Source: a virus. From it: DNA of 64,000 bases. The stretch covers positions 11,365 to 75,364 of IMG/VR virus record IMGVR_UViG_3300028392_000059; one strand, 5' to 3'. Positions 29,613 to 38,367 of this stretch are shown in pieces (position 1 is the first letter of the stretch; each line of letters opens with the position of its first letter). Position numbers and translations under genes: made by a program. A model generated the notes under the pieces. The model saw nothing but the letters and a program-made list of their open reading frames with translations. It was not told where the DNA came from and ran no database searches.

Positions 29613-29942
29613 TTACACCTTATCTTGCTTCTTATCCAACTTAGCGTAAATTGAATCAAGCTTAGTCAGCAAAGGTACCAATGCCTCCTTTAGCTCATTT
29701 TTGGTTACGTATTGCTGTGCTAGAAGCAGTTCTAAATTGCCAATACGATCTAAGCGTTCAAGTATCTCATGACGAGTCCTGTCGCTTTCTATGTTGGTAC
29801 GGTACTCAGACACAAGCTTAAGCTCTAGGCTGTTAATCCTATTATGGTCTCTTTGCTGCTGTCCCCAGACGGTATTAACCCACCAAGTAACACCAGCAAG
29901 AATAATAGCTAACATCCCAGAGAAAATGGTTTGATTGTCCAT
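29613..29942 (-). CDS. N-terminally membrane-anchored coiled-coil protein
   Basis: One TM helix, then a duplicated LELxLxxxYxT unit; TGATG overlap with terminase stop. Confidence 0.6.
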   Translation of the reverse strand: MDNQTIFSGMLAIILAGVTWWVNTVWGQQQRDHNRINSLELKLVSEYRTNIESDRTRHEILERLDRIGNLELLLAQQYVTKNELKEALVPLLTKLDSIYAKLDKKQDKV

Positions 29943-31267
29943 CAAAAATTAAATCCTCTAGAAGAAGCTCGCTTAGCCGACCTAATAGGAAATCGGTATT
30001 CTGTAGCGTAACGAACACCATCAGAGAAGTGCTCAACACCCTCCTTCTTATCGATGGTAGCAGTATTAGAATTATTGTCCACCCACTTTGTACGCTCCAT
30101 AGAAGATATGAGATTTGTACATTTAGGATCAAAGAACATAGACATTTCACCAGCAGCTGTCATTAGCTGAGCATTGACTGCATTAACAGAGTCAATCATA
30201 CCTGGTGCTTTATTATGTGCTAAGCAGACAATACCTTGTGATTCTAAGATAGTAAAATCGGATCGACCAACAGGTGCAGAAGACTGACGTCTACGACCAG
30301 TAGGATCGGGATAAGCAAATATTTTATTAGTAGGGTACCTACCCCGAAGAGCAATAGCAAGCTGTTCTGTATCAGGATGACCCATGAGCTCATCAAGGTA
30401 ATGTGTTTGTTTACCTCGTATAGCAAATACTGAAGAAGCTTGGATACCCACGTTAAAGTCGATACCAACATGTACATCTTCTTTCTCGCTGAATGGCTCA
30501 AGTGTACGCACATGTTTTTTACGATCAAAACAATAAAACACACTATTACCAGAGTCTTTGAACTGAGCAAGATACTCAGAGGCAAATGAACGAGGATCAA
30601 TAGTGTGTCGTAACGATTCAATTTCTACAGGATCTAGGAAAGGCGACCCTGTATAGTCGTAATGGTAAGATCCCCAAGCAGGATCCTTCTCGCTGTAGTG
30701 ATGGATTTCATGGAAGAAATCGTAGCCATTAGGTGTTGACGCGATAAGAGCGCGACCTGGAGAGCGAGCACCATATCGTAAAGCATTTTGTGGGCTCCAA
30801 CGTGTTGATATGCATGGACGGATAACAGACTCCCAAGCTTTCTTAGGAGCAATACCACGTGTACATGATGTGATTTCGTCCCAGCCTACAAAGTAATAAC
30901 CTTTACCACGCATACGCTCAACAGCCTCATAAGACAACAAACGAAGCTCTACATTATTTGGTAGAACAAAACGTCCTTGGTCTTGTGAACTCTTAATTGC
31001 ATACTGCTCAAGGCCCATATCGTAGGCAAGGACAGGATAGTAGATATCAGTCACCTGATCATACGTAGGAGCAATAATAGCAACACGTTTGTTAGGGACA
31101 TCGGCTGGTAATGCCATAAGTTCGAAAGCAGCAGTTGTTGCAGCTGTAGCAAGGAAGTAGGATTTACCCCAACCACGAGCACAGCAAACAGATATAAACC
31201 GATGCTTCATGTCAATAAACATGTCTTCAAAGGCTTCTGTTTGACCTTCGTGTAAATATACGCTCAT
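29942..31267 (-). CDS. Terminase large subunit
   Basis: LHEGQ, Walker A CARGWGKS, Walker B VGWDE, STPNG, nuclease GIDFN and HFSDG. Confidence 0.93.
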   Translation of the reverse strand: MSVYLHEGQTEAFEDMFIDMKHRFISVCCARGWGKSYFLATAATTAAFELMALPADVPNKRVAIIAPTYDQVTDIYYPVLAYDMGLEQYAIKSSQDQGRFVLPNNVELRLLSYEAVERMRGKGYYFVGWDEITSCTRGIAPKKAWESVIRPCISTRWSPQNALRYGARSPGRALIASTPNGYDFFHEIHHYSEKDPAWGSYHYDYTGSPFLDPVEIESLRHTIDPRSFASEYLAQFKDSGNSVFYCFDRKKHVRTLEPFSEKEDVHVGIDFNVGIQASSVFAIRGKQTHYLDELMGHPDTEQLAIALRGRYPTNKIFAYPDPTGRRRQSSAPVGRSDFTILESQGIVCLAHNKAPGMIDSVNAVNAQLMTAAGEMSMFFDPKCTNLISSMERTKWVDNNSNTATIDKKEGVEHFSDGVRYATEYRFPIRSAKRASSRGFNF

Positions 31268-31596
31268 TACCGAAACATTCGTTCATACTCTTCAAAAGGC
31301 ATACTCATTGTAACAGTAAGGCCTTCTTTACGATGCTTCATACGACGAGGGCTGTCATGAACGCCAGAACAATAACCATTACACATGTCATTACCTGGAC
31401 GACAGTCTTTGCCACATACAGCAACACCATTCACAACTTGATGTGGACCTCTAACAGTAATCTCAACATCATCACCTTTACGGTTAATGCTGACGTATTC
31501 AGGATAGAAACTATTAGGTGCTGTATACGCAGCTATGTTCTTTAAACCACACATATCACATGCCTTTGCAGAGCAATTACGACAATGATCAACCAT
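31267..31596 (-). CDS. Cys-rich hypothetical protein
   Basis: Likely start MVDHCRNC; several CxxC/CxxxC pairs. Confidence 0.55.
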   Translation of the reverse strand: MVDHCRNCSAKACDMCGLKNIAAYTAPNSFYPEYVSINRKGDDVEITVRGPHQVVNGVAVCGKDCRPGNDMCNGYCSGVHDSPRRMKHRKEGLTVTMSMPFEEYERMFR

Positions 31597-32017
31597 CATC
31601 ATCTTCCTTATCGCCAGTGTGATAAACAACACCTTTTTGAGTTGTATGGACAACAAAAGCAGGAAGTACTTTCTCTTCAACAACATTATGTTCAGGCACA
31701 CGGCCATAGCCATAACGAAGGAGATTGTTAGCAATCCGCTCTTTCTTGTCTAATAGATTGTTAAGTAGATCAGATCGCCATGTTAATGGTTTCTGTGTAG
31801 AAGCACTATACACAACGATCTTCCCATCGCGAATGTCGTATTCACGCTGAATGAGCTGTTCTATCTCACGATACGTCTTAACAAGTTCGCCAATGGGATC
31901 ATAATTTAACACACGAAGACGATCTTTAGACCTTTCGCTACCACCATGATAGCGCATAGCCTTTGTACCGTTACCGTATGCTCCTGGTTGTTCAATAACA
32001 ATGTCTGCAGCTGACAT
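31589..32017 (-). CDS. Probable terminase small subunit
   Basis: First gene of late module, 142 aa, helical, near terL; assignment is positional. Confidence 0.55.
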   Translation of the reverse strand: MSAADIVIEQPGAYGNGTKAMRYHGGSERSKDRLRVLNYDPIGELVKTYREIEQLIQREYDIRDGKIVVYSASTQKPLTWRSDLLNNLLDKKERIANNLLRYGYGRVPEHNVVEEKVLPAFVVHTTQKGVVYHTGDKEDDDG

Positions 32018-32080
32018 GGGACTCGTTTCTCAGTTCGACGATGGAGGAAAAATCAACTAACAACTAAACTCGACAGAGTT

Positions 32081-32332
32081 CATTAAGTTAACGGTGTCGA
32101 CCAACAATTATGCACATATTTCTTTGTACCTTGCAGTGTACAGTTTGAGAATAACATGAATTTATCCACGTTTGTACCACTTATGGCCTTAGACTTTGTA
32201 CCTTTTAATAGTTATATTATATATTTATATTAAGGAGGATACATCATCTACAACTTAACATTGAGGGTGAACCCCCCAGCGGGCAGCTAATCATTAATTT
32301 AACGGGGTCTACCAACATTTGTGCACACATTT
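32081..32332. repeat. Degenerate 41-bp direct repeat (32081-32121 and 32292-32332) containing the promoter core
   Basis: CATTAAGTTAACGGTGTCGACCAACAATTATGCACATATTT vs CATTAATTTAACGGGGTCTACCAACATTTGTGCACACATTT, 6 mismatches. Confidence 0.8.
32294..32310 (-). promoter_or_regulatory. Putative phage RNAP promoter (copy upstream of terminase/late genes)
   Basis: Sense AGACCCCGTTAAATTAA, identical to 14672-14688. Confidence 0.72.
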
Positions 32333-32364
32333 TCAATACAAAAAATTCGCGTTATCGGCCAGAG

Positions 32365-32442
32365 CGAAAAAAAAAAAAGATTGTGTCCCCAACACACCAC
32401 TCAACCAACCCGCAATGGGGTCAATCAAATGGTGTGTTGGGG
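32365..32442 (-). terminator. Long hairpin plus T12 tract ending the accessory region
   Basis: 13-bp inverted repeat CCCCAACACACCA (32387-32399)/TGGTGTGTTGGGG (32430-32442), then sense T12-CG. Confidence 0.65.
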
Positions 32443-32447
32443 TTTTG

Positions 32448-32642
32448 TTATTGTGTTTGCGCCGCTAACTTAGCAGCTTGTATTGTCATGTGTTCTGTTA
32501 CAACACCTTTTGGTGATGCCAACCTAACAGGTGTTTTTGAATTAAGTTGAAATATCTCCCAACCATTTTTTATTTGTAGTTCGTTGTATGGTCCTTCGTT
32601 TATGTCACAACGCCAACCATCAGATGACATCATCCAACTCAT
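32448..32642 (-). CDS. Hypothetical protein (64 aa)
   Basis: ORF track; ATGA coupling. Confidence 0.6.
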   Translation of the reverse strand: MSWMMSSDGWRCDINEGPYNELQIKNGWEIFQLNSKTPVRLASPKGVVTEHMTIQAAKLAAQTQ

Positions 32643-32800
32643 GGTAAAGCTAAACGAGCAACAAGTGCAGCCTTGTATGACGACATAGCAGCTTGCTGAA
32701 GATACAGTAGCCGACGATGCTCATTTGAAAGCTCAGAGGTATTAAGAAAGTTTTTAAGCTTTACAAGCTTGTCAGACAAATCTTCAAGCTCTTTATTCAT
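32639..32800 (-). CDS. 53-aa helical-hairpin protein (crAss001_48-like)
   Basis: Hand-translated MNKELEDLSDKLVKLKNFLNTSELSNEHRRLLYLQQAAMSSYKAALVARLALP. Confidence 0.6.
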   Translation of the reverse strand: MNKELEDLSDKLVKLKNFLNTSELSNEHRRLLYLQQAAMSSYKAALVARLALP

Positions 32801-32973
32801 CCCCAGCCCCCAAGCCATAGTTCAAGCACAACAGAGACGTATGTAAGTGCACCAAGAATGATACCTGCTTGCCACTTACCTTCTGTAAATGCAATAAGGG
32901 TTGCAAAGAAAGCGATAAAGATAAAGAATGCAACTATAACCATTGCAAGAATAAGTGCTGCAAGAAGAAACAT
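32797..32973 (-). CDS. Small 2-TM membrane protein (58 aa)
   Basis: Hand-translated hydrophobic ORF coupled to next gene. Confidence 0.55.
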   Translation of the reverse strand: MFLLAALILAMVIVAFFIFIAFFATLIAFTEGKWQAGIILGALTYVSVVLELWLGGWG

Positions 32974-32975
32974 AA

Positions 32976-33179
32976 TTACACCTGTTCGTGATAAACGATG
33001 ATACCCTTGATAGCATAAATAAGCATCATGGTGTCACCAATCAATAGCATAAAGCCAAAGATACCAGTAAACCATTCATCCTTACCAAGTGCATCAAATA
33101 TTGCATAAATAAAACCCCAACCAAGCAGTACTGCAAGAACAACACCAATAATCGAAAGTGCGAGAAGAAATACAATCAT
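32976..33179 (-). CDS. Small 2-TM membrane protein (67 aa)
   Basis: Two hydrophobic helices. Confidence 0.6.
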   Translation of the reverse strand: MIVFLLALSIIGVVLAVLLGWGFIYAIFDALGKDEWFTGIFGFMLLIGDTMMLIYAIKGIIVYHEQV

Positions 33180-33322
33180 TTTTTAATCCTTTTAAATACA
33201 CAAAACCATGTGTGCTCTCTAAGTGTAAAATTTACAAGTTCCCAGCCGTCGTCACCAAGTTTATTTAACTCGGTCGTGTATGGTCGGCCTTCAAAACTTA
33301 CGATCTTATATTCAAACTGCAT
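33176..33322 (-). CDS. DUF4177-like small protein (48 aa)
   Basis: Hand-translated MQFEYKIV...ELNKLGDDGWELV...FKR. Confidence 0.6.
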   Translation of the reverse strand: MQFEYKIVSFEGRPYTTELNKLGDDGWELVNFTLREHTWFCVFKRIKK

Positions 33323-33926
33323 TATGAATTGCAATTTCAATACCATTTAGTTGTTGACTAATTTCAAGATTGTAGTAAAAGTTGCCATTATGTGAAAACA
33401 CAACAGGCGCTTTTGGAGAGTGCTTTTGAAGTTCTTCAATAAGTGTTTCTACTGTATAACGCTTGTCTATAACAATCGAAAACTTTCCACCGTCATCGAT
33501 AATCTTTACAATACCACACGTGTTAGCTCGAAGTTCATTCAACAGCTCTTCAACAGCAGCTGATTCATCTACTACACTAACAGGCTTTTTATCATTAGCC
33601 CCACGTGGTGTGTACGACTTAGTTTCAATTTTAGAAAAATCAAGATCAAAGATCATAATTTCATTAGTGGAATCGCATTCAATAGGTGTTTTTCCAAACT
33701 TAAAATCAAGACCTATTGTTCCTGGAATAGCTGGACGACACACATAACCACCTTTACTAGTCTTGTAAAAGGAAACAGCTCTCTCTACACTATAAGACTG
33801 GCGCTTCTTATAAAGATAGAGCTTTCCATCAATTACAGTGCAAAATACGGTGTTGTTTTCATTACCGAAATTTTCATCGGCATAAATTGAAATACCAGCT
33901 GTAGTATTAGAAATAAAGAAATTCAT
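33312..33926 (-). CDS. Hypothetical protein (204 aa)
   Basis: ORF track; coupled to neighbours. Confidence 0.65.
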   Translation of the reverse strand: MNFFISNTTAGISIYADENFGNENNTVFCTVIDGKLYLYKKRQSYSVERAVSFYKTSKGGYVCRPAIPGTIGLDFKFGKTPIECDSTNEIMIFDLDFSKIETKSYTPRGANDKKPVSVVDESAAVEELLNELRANTCGIVKIIDDGGKFSIVIDKRYTVETLIEELQKHSPKAPVVFSHNGNFYYNLEISQQLNGIEIAIHNAV

Positions 33927-34636
33927 CAGAAAAGATCCTTCAAAGAAATATGAAAACGATACTCTTCAGGAATAATATGCCACACTTTCATAAAGAGTGC
34001 ACGATTGCCACGTGTGAGTACTTGCATCAAGTCGACCTTCTCACGAAGATACATTGAAGCAAATTTAGCATCGGCTTCTGCAATATCACGTGTGTTAGAA
34101 TACAAATCAGCAAGCTTAATTGTATGCACTTCAGAAGGTGCACTAGCAAGCCTAACTTTGGAAGCAAACTTACGTTCTGAACGATTACCTTCTTCCATGT
34201 CAGACAGATAGCGAACATAAGATGCTACATCAGTACCGAACATGCTGCTGATTTCATCATACGTGACACCACAATCTTCAATGACATCGTGAAGAACGGC
34301 AGCACACTGCATATCTTCATCACCACCATATTCACGCACAAGCATCATAACTTCGATGGGATGAACAATATAAGGTTCACCTGTATATTTACGCTGCTGA
34401 TTTTTATGAGCCTGAGCAGCAAATACAACTGCATTATTAACGCGTTCCATAGGTGTCTCCTTTTGTAGAATGTCTTTTACAATAAATAGAGCATCGCTTC
34501 CAATATCGCCAATGACATAGCGTAGAATATCACTATGCGAATGTTCATCTGTGAAGAATATAACGAGTTCATCTGTTTTATTCGTGAAAACGCTCCCTGG
34601 TGGTATAACACCAGGGCATAGTTTAATTTCGCTCAT
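33926..34636 (-). CDS. HD-domain (p)ppGpp hydrolase-like protein (SpoT/Mesh1-type small alarmone hydrolase); strong internal start at 34450
   Basis: AHKNQQRKYTGEPYIVHP, AAVLHDVIED and IKLADLYSN; AAGGAG RBS precedes MERVNNAV. Confidence 0.82.
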   Translation of the reverse strand: MSEIKLCPGVIPPGSVFTNKTDELVIFFTDEHSHSDILRYVIGDIGSDALFIVKDILQKETPMERVNNAVVFAAQAHKNQQRKYTGEPYIVHPIEVMMLVREYGGDEDMQCAAVLHDVIEDCGVTYDEISSMFGTDVASYVRYLSDMEEGNRSERKFASKVRLASAPSEVHTIKLADLYSNTRDIAEADAKFASMYLREKVDLMQVLTRGNRALFMKVWHIIPEEYRFHISLKDLF

Positions 34637-35061
34637 TGTAGCCTCCACACCTCAACAGGAAGGTCGCTCCAAACATCAAAGTAACAGGATACCTCAACAG
34701 CTTTTTGAGCAGAGGCACCCATTTCCATTGCGCCAAGAGCAAAGTCACAACCTGAACCGATAGCAAAGAAATCAGCCTTTAGCGGGCCTGATAGCATTTT
34801 ATGATCGGTTGCAAAGAAAACATCACCATTTAGATGTACAGCAAGTAATGAAAAAGCATCAGGTAGAATGAGACTACTGTCCTGTGTTTCGTACCAATTA
34901 GCTACATATTCACCACCACCTGGTGTTGTAGAACTAACACCAATCAACGTACCGTTTTGTAAACGTTTGATCTTCGATTTACGGCCAATCGGATATTTTG
35001 AACCTGAATAAGCTCTTGTATCACCAGCCATAAGACCATTTCTATAAGCAATAGTAGTCAT
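34633..35061 (-). CDS. HslV/proteasome-beta-like Ntn peptidase
   Basis: N-terminal M-T-T-I-A nucleophile; AGDTR; AIGSGxxFALGAM. Confidence 0.75.
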   Translation of the reverse strand: MTTIAYRNGLMAGDTRAYSGSKYPIGRKSKIKRLQNGTLIGVSSTTPGGGEYVANWYETQDSSLILPDAFSLLAVHLNGDVFFATDHKMLSGPLKADFFAIGSGCDFALGAMEMGASAQKAVEVSCYFDVWSDLPVEVWRLQ

Positions 35062-35062
35062 A

Positions 35063-35398
35063 TCAACCTATCAGTTCAAAAATGTGACCTTTAGCGTTAG
35101 TTTCCCAACCTTCAATGTCAGCAATCTTTTCTACAGTACGCCGAAATGCACGTATTTCGTATTGTTTAAGCGCTTCACGTAAATGCTGAATTATTGTAAT
35201 ATTTTCTGCACAAGGAGCTTGTACATTTAGAAATAGTTGGCGATCAATCAATGCTCTAATAACTTCTTGTGATGAAGGCCCAGGAGAGTCACCATATTCT
35301 GGGTTGATTGTACCATCACAATAAAACATTAGCTGATATTTTGTTGATGCTTTTAAATCATCAAGCTCATAATGATGACCTGGTACTATAACTTTCAT
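35063..35398 (-). CDS. Tad1-like nucleotide-signal sponge (candidate anti-Thoeris/anti-CBASS)
   Basis: PGHHYEL...GPSSQEVIRALIDRQLFLN...PCAENITIIQHLREAL...R..RR matches the Tad1 layout as remembered. Confidence 0.6.
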   Translation of the reverse strand: MKVIVPGHHYELDDLKASTKYQLMFYCDGTINPEYGDSPGPSSQEVIRALIDRQLFLNVQAPCAENITIIQHLREALKQYEIRAFRRTVEKIADIEGWETNAKGHIFELIG

Positions 35399-35562
35399 TT
35401 GGGTTTCTCCGGTAGGTCTTGGATGATTTGTTTCATCTTATCTAAGCAGTGTAGTAACTTTGTTTTAATCTCTGTATTCATTCCACGGTGAATAAGAGCA
35501 TTGTGAAATCGCCAAAGAACTTCGCTTAAATAACCATTAAAAGTTGATACAGCTTCTTCCAT
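35395..35562 (-). CDS. Hypothetical protein (55 aa)
   Basis: Hand-translated MEEAVSTFNGYLSEVLW...; RBS and ATGA coupling. Confidence 0.55.
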   Translation of the reverse strand: MEEAVSTFNGYLSEVLWRFHNALIHRGMNTEIKTKLLHCLDKMKQIIQDLPEKPK

Positions 35563-35576
35563 AGGATATTCCTTTT

Positions 35577-35604
35577 GAGGGTGATCCTATTAAAGATCAC
35601 CCTC
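35577..35604. promoter_or_regulatory. Perfect 10-bp hairpin between genes
   Basis: GAGGGTGATC-ctattaaa-GATCACCCTC. Confidence 0.55.
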
Positions 35605-35613
35605 TGAAGTTAA

Positions 35614-36027
35614 TTAGTCGAGTGCAGCAAGCTTACGCTCAAGTTCTTCAAGAGAAGCTTCCGTAAGCTGTGCATCCTTCTTTGCACCAATAGCATCAAG
35701 AAGCTTACGACGCTCTTCAGTACGCTCACGGCGACGAGCAGCTGCAGTCTTCTCTTCAAGCTTCACAGCAATGATATACTTAACGATTTCAAGCTTAGTC
35801 TCAAGCTCAACCTTTTCATCACTGTTAGAGCTAGGCTTTACGAACGACTCTTCACTAATTTCCTTGAGATTAGCATTGATGCCACGTGCAACGGTATCAA
35901 GATTAAACCCATCAGCACTTTCAAGCTTAAGATCCCAAAGTTGTTCAGTAGTGATAATACCACGAATAGTAGTATAACGGTACTTGTTACGAAGTGCGGT
36001 TTCAAACATGTTCATTTTATTCTCCAT
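35614..36027 (-). CDS. Conserved phage coiled-coil protein (137 aa)
   Basis: FETALRNKYRYTTIRGIITTEQLWDL family pattern. Confidence 0.75.
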   Translation of the reverse strand: MENKMNMFETALRNKYRYTTIRGIITTEQLWDLKLESADGFNLDTVARGINANLKEISEESFVKPSSNSDEKVELETKLEIVKYIIAVKLEEKTAAARRRERTEERRKLLDAIGAKKDAQLTEASLEELERKLAALD

Positions 36028-36185
36028 TATGAAAGTTCATATGCATTATCAAAATCACCCCTAGGGTCTACAGTAGCATAAGCATCTGCGTATCCCTCAG
36101 AATAATTACAGTCTTCATTTAAACAAACATCTGCTCTCATTGATTGAGCAAGTGTGTTTTGATTACATTGTGGGCATCTTGTCAT
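36027..36185 (-). CDS. Small Zn-ribbon protein (52 aa)
   Basis: Hand-translated MTRCPQC...CLNEDC; TAATG and TGATG overlaps. Confidence 0.55.
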   Translation of the reverse strand: MTRCPQCNQNTLAQSMRADVCLNEDCNYSEGYADAYATVDPRGDFDNAYELS

Positions 36186-36403
36186 CAGCTTTTACAATCA
36201 CAAACAACACATTGAAGATTAATTTCAATGACATTGACAGCAGAGTCACGATCAAACATCATATTCTTTACATCTTCAAGTGTACAATCACTGAAATTTT
36301 CTTCAAGAGCTACATTGATTGCTTCAACTTCGTTTTGTGCTTTGACCTCTTTAAGCTTTAATTCATTATCAAAGAAGTCAATATATGCTACGATGTACCT
36401 CAT
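36185..36403 (-). CDS. Hypothetical protein (72 aa)
   Basis: ORF track; coupled. Confidence 0.6.
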   Translation of the reverse strand: MRYIVAYIDFFDNELKLKEVKAQNEVEAINVALEENFSDCTLEDVKNMMFDRDSAVNVIEINLQCVVCDCKS

Positions 36404-38367
36404 CCGAATACTACCTCAAATGGACGCTTGTCAACAACAATTATCGCCGAGTCCTTTTTAGTGGAAGAGAATCCAAGGCCACTAAGCTGGCTCTCTGAAG
36501 GAGGACACTTGGTTTTGTCAGCAAGTACTTCAAACACCTTGCGATGAGCATCAAGATCGCCACGAAGAAATTCATTATAAATTCCCCGCGCGGCATCGTC
36601 TGTCTTGCATCCTTCCAGAAGGAAAAACCAATGCTTATTCCCAACAGCATTATCATCCCAATAATTAGGGCTAAGCATGATCGAATTAATATTGACCAGA
36701 TTTCCACTAGTAAGTCCCCACTTAGTTTGAGCAATACCCTCGTTTGTGACATCAGGTGCATTCTTAAGGCTTGTAATTGCATTGTTCTTTACATCGAACG
36801 TTGCAATTTCTTGATAACCACGTACAGGTTTGTTATACACAAACTGCTGCTTAGTGCCAATACCCTCAATATCAACAGTACAACCAACGTCAATAGATTC
36901 ACGAGGTGTGAAGTTATGAACAATGATTTTATATCTACCATCAACCATCTTGGTGAAATGAATGTTTTCAACAGCGTCTCGACGATCACCACTAATGTTC
37001 ATATCAACGTCAAGAATACCATATCGGCCATATTTTCTCTGATAACTAATACGATCGACCGGTGTTTCAATGTGGATATCAAGGTCGTCTGTGTTGAACC
37101 AAGCAAGAGATACACGGAACAGTGCATCAACATTGCCACCAGCAGCTTTAACGCGAGCCTTTACAGAGTCAGCAACGTTACCGTCGTATGACCAAGCAAA
37201 GTTGTTATTCCACTTAAACAAAGGTGCACCCGTCTCACCATCTGCTGTAGTGATTGTTACGAAGTTACCAAAATGTTGGGGCTCAACAAGCAGCTGAAGT
37301 TCTTTCTTTCCAGGAAGAACGTGCTCAAAGAAATCACTAACACTAACCTTTGTAGGTGATTCAATTTTAATATGATTAGCCGGTTTGATCTGATCTGCAA
37401 GAAGATCATGAATACCACCCTTCATATTACCAACCACACGGTTAGAAACATAAAGAACATTATTCACTGAAACATCAGAAATGTTTGCAAGGCGACGCTT
37501 AATATTTACGCCAAGCTTTTCAATCTTTTCTGCCGCTTCATTGATCATCTTTGTAGTAACAAGAGACTTTGGCCGCTTATAATTTGTAGGCGCAACCATT
37601 GCTTCGTACTTACTAACAGCAACTGCAAGATCGGTACCCTCGGAGATAGCGACAAGCAGCGTACCAATACTGGTACCACGAATATGCGCAATGTTATTAT
37701 ACTTTTCAAGATTTGCCCACACCCACATTGTCTTTTGAAATGTTGCGTTGTAAGCAATAAGAGCTTCTCGGAGAGACCTTAACGATCGAATATTTTCCAT
37801 ACCACGATAAATATCGTTATTATTTGTTAGTTCAATAACGGTATTAACAGTCTCAACGCTAATTTCATTCAGCGCACGTTGAAAGACATTAAAAGAAGTA
37901 TTAATGCTACCACGATCAGCATCAGGTTTAACAGAATAATGCTTACGACCGACAGCGCCATGGAAGTGATTCCACTTACGCGAAGTCTCAGTGTCGTAAT
38001 TATATTCAACACCGTATTGGCGCTCCTTAGTACGATACACAGAGACAATAGGTGCTTGACGCACAATGTCGCGCATTGTTTCAGCAACAACATTGTACGG
38101 GTACGGCAGTGTGTTGTAATTATCCCAGACAGTAATAATTACGTCGCCGTCAATAGAAACAACAGTGCCAAGATTGCGAATGAAATTCTTACAACAGTTA
38201 CAGTCGTGTTCGGTGCGTTGACGAAATACTTCATTTGTTCCCTCCGGAAAAGCTGCAAGATACGATGCAAAGATGTCTTGAACGTCTACTTTATAGAGTT
38301 CTTGTGAAGACATCTGCGTGTACTGATCATGAACGCTCTTTGAGAATGTAGGAAAATCAGCCGACAT
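36400..38367 (-). CDS. Conserved large phage protein with YfaP/DUF2135-like domain (655 aa)
   Basis: EHDCNCCKNFIR N-terminus; SLAWFNTDDLDIH...LDVDMN...AVENI. Confidence 0.7.
   Translation of the reverse strand: MSADFPTFSKSVHDQYTQMSSQELYKVDVQDIFASYLAAFPEGTNEVFRQRTEHDCNCCKNFIRNLGTVVSIDGDVIITVWDNYNTLPYPYNVVAETMRDIVRQAPIVSVYRTKERQYGVEYNYDTETSRKWNHFHGAVGRKHYSVKPDADRGSINTSFNVFQRALNEISVETVNTVIELTNNNDIYRGMENIRSLRSLREALIAYNATFQKTMWVWANLEKYNNIAHIRGTSIGTLLVAISEGTDLAVAVSKYEAMVAPTNYKRPKSLVTTKMINEAAEKIEKLGVNIKRRLANISDVSVNNVLYVSNRVVGNMKGGIHDLLADQIKPANHIKIESPTKVSVSDFFEHVLPGKKELQLLVEPQHFGNFVTITTADGETGAPLFKWNNNFAWSYDGNVADSVKARVKAAGGNVDALFRVSLAWFNTDDLDIHIETPVDRISYQRKYGRYGILDVDMNISGDRRDAVENIHFTKMVDGRYKIIVHNFTPRESIDVGCTVDIEGIGTKQQFVYNKPVRGYQEIATFDVKNNAITSLKNAPDVTNEGIAQTKWGLTSGNLVNINSIMLSPNYWDDNAVGNKHWFFLLEGCKTDDAARGIYNEFLRGDLDAHRKVFEVLADKTKCPPSESQLSGLGFSSTKKDSAIIVVDKRPFEVVFG

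Noticed and set aside
29613-29942. Holin call for the TM protein after terL
   Set aside because: Single TM and no endolysin in the window; insufficient support
32018-32447. Possible CRISPR array or tRNA in the non-coding region
   Set aside because: Only two degenerate repeat copies 211 bp apart, and no cloverleaf or T-loop consensus
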